A stretch of 35,541 nucleotides of DNA from a virus (lineage: Duplodnaviria > Caudoviricetes): the IMG/VR virus record IMGVR_UViG_3300049165_000104, positions 1-35,541 of that record. The stretch is one strand, 5' to 3'. The position numbers and the translations under genes are program-made. Shown in pieces: positions 34,559 through 35,541 of the stretch (within the stretch, counting starts at the first letter, position 1; every line of letters begins with the position of its first letter). The notes under the pieces were generated by a model. That model made no database searches. It was not told the origin of the DNA and saw only the letters and a list, made by a program, of their open reading frames with translations.

Positions 34559-34993
34559 CTACTCGTCGATCTCTCGCCGTGCCCGCTCGTCCGCCTCGAT
34601 CATTCGGCGCCACCGGCGCTTGTCTGCGGGTGACTGGCCGGCGAGGTGCGCGACGATGATCCGCGTGTCCTCGTCGTAGCCGCTGAGCTCGGTCGCCTCG
34701 TACTGCAGCCACTGCTGCGCCACGGCTGCTTGGACAATCCGGAACGGCTTGCCGATCGCGTTGGCGATGGCCTGCATCTGCGGTGGTGTGGGTGGGTTGA
34801 CGGGCGGGTTCCTGACGAGCTTCTGCAGGTTCTGCTTGTAGTAGCGGGTGCCTGTCTCCTGGTCGACGGCACGGTCGGCCATGTCCTGGTAGGAGAGGCC
34901 GCGGTCGTTGGCGTCCTGGATGAGCTGGGAGAGGGCGCCAAGGCCTGAGGTGTTGGCCGCACCGGGGTCCGGGGTGGTGGCCGGGGCCGTCAT
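34559..34993 (-). CDS. Immunity repressor (XRE-like HTH)
   Basis: RGLSYQDMADRA...QNLQKLV...AIANAIG; divergent from a cro-like gene, upstream of int; GAGG SD. Confidence 0.75.
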   Translation of the reverse strand: MTAPATTPDPGAANTSGLGALSQLIQDANDRGLSYQDMADRAVDQETGTRYYKQNLQKLVRNPPVNPPTPPQMQAIANAIGKPFRIVQAAVAQQWLQYEATELSGYDEDTRIIVAHLAGQSPADKRRWRRMIEADERARREIDE

Positions 34994-35169
34994 GTCGTCT
35001 TCCTCTCGCGTCACACTTTCACCGACTGTCTCTAGTGGCAGAAGCTTGCGCCGGAAAACTAGCAGGTCAGTGGGTACAACCATCCTGGATCTGAGACGGA
35101 GCGTCTACAGATCGATGCTATCCGGCCTGAGGCTTGGCCGATACCGGTCAGTCGACCGTCATTGAGTCG

Positions 35170-35199
35170 TTGACGAATCGTCGTCGATATGGGTAAGTT
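35170..35199 (+). promoter_or_regulatory. Early lytic sigma70-type promoter
   Basis: TTGACG-N18-TAAGTT upstream of the cro-like gene. Confidence 0.6.
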
Positions 35200-35237
35200 G
35201 AGGTCATCGAAAGGCACCTCAGCACCGGGGGAATCCA

Positions 35238-35483
35238 TTGACCGTGCGCTACGTCCTGAGAGACCTGGAAACCTTCAAAAAGATCATGGAACACCCAGGT
35301 CGGGGCGAGTCCTACAGCATCCGAGACCTCGCCGCCGCCGCCCAAGTGGGCAAGTCCAAAATCGAGCGCCTGGTCCGAGGAGAACTCGACTGGCTCGACG
35401 TCAATGAAGCGCACCGCGTCGTGGAGGCCCTCGGTGTCACCGTCCTGGTGCTTTTCATGCCCCCAACGTCAACAGATCAATGA
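35238..35483 (+). CDS. Cro-like HTH regulator
   Basis: YSIRDLAAAAQVGKSKIERLVRGE...VVEALGV; start TTG 35238 or GTG 35244. Confidence 0.8.
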   Translation: MTVRYVLRDLETFKKIMEHPGRGESYSIRDLAAAAQVGKSKIERLVRGELDWLDVNEAHRVVEALGVTVLVLFMPPTSTDQ

Positions 35484-35522
35484 CAAACCGTCCCCCACGC
35501 CACCCCCACGGAAGGAAAACAG

Positions 35523-35541
35523 TGCCCCGGCTCCCCAAGGA
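35523..35541 (+). CDS. Start of the next early gene (truncated by the window edge)
   Basis: GAAGGA SD then GTG CCC CGG CTC CCC AAG. Confidence 0.45.

Larger units (their letters stand above)
35103..35484. repeat. Three related 17-bp operator-like sites
   Basis: gtctacagatcgatgct (35103), gtcaacgactcaatgac (minus strand, 35158-35174), gtcaacagatcaatgac (35468). Confidence 0.6.

Overview
This window is most of a temperate, high-GC siphovirus genome, probably from a Streptomyces phage (host inferred from gene content, not proven). Left arm (147-23602, almost all + strand): Zn-finger/prim-pol gene, L5-like terminases, portal, MuF/maturation protein, scaffold, major capsid, a GT4 glycosyltransferase coupled to the capsid gene, head-tail connectors with an antisense DUF4429-like moron, major tail, frameshifting tail chaperones, tape measure with an NlpC/P60 domain, and minor tail proteins. 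The lysis cassette has an RNase AS-like exonuclease between endolysin and holin. The accessory region (23640-32216) holds a PASTA lipoprotein, a HEPN-like protein, a serine resolvase with a res-like site, an EndoVII protein and many small, often leaderless genes. Several of these sit behind RecA-NDp/PafBC-type promoters or LexA boxes. The right end has an intact attP carrying the 3' end of a host rhamnogalacturonan lyase gene, a tyrosine integrase and a repressor/cro switch. Best candidates for new biology: (1) single-enzyme virion glycosylation, with capsid and tail tube both ending in Gly-Ser; (2) a phage DNA-damage-responsive island; (3) an RNase inside the lysis cassette. All family calls come from motif recognition by eye; no database searches were run.
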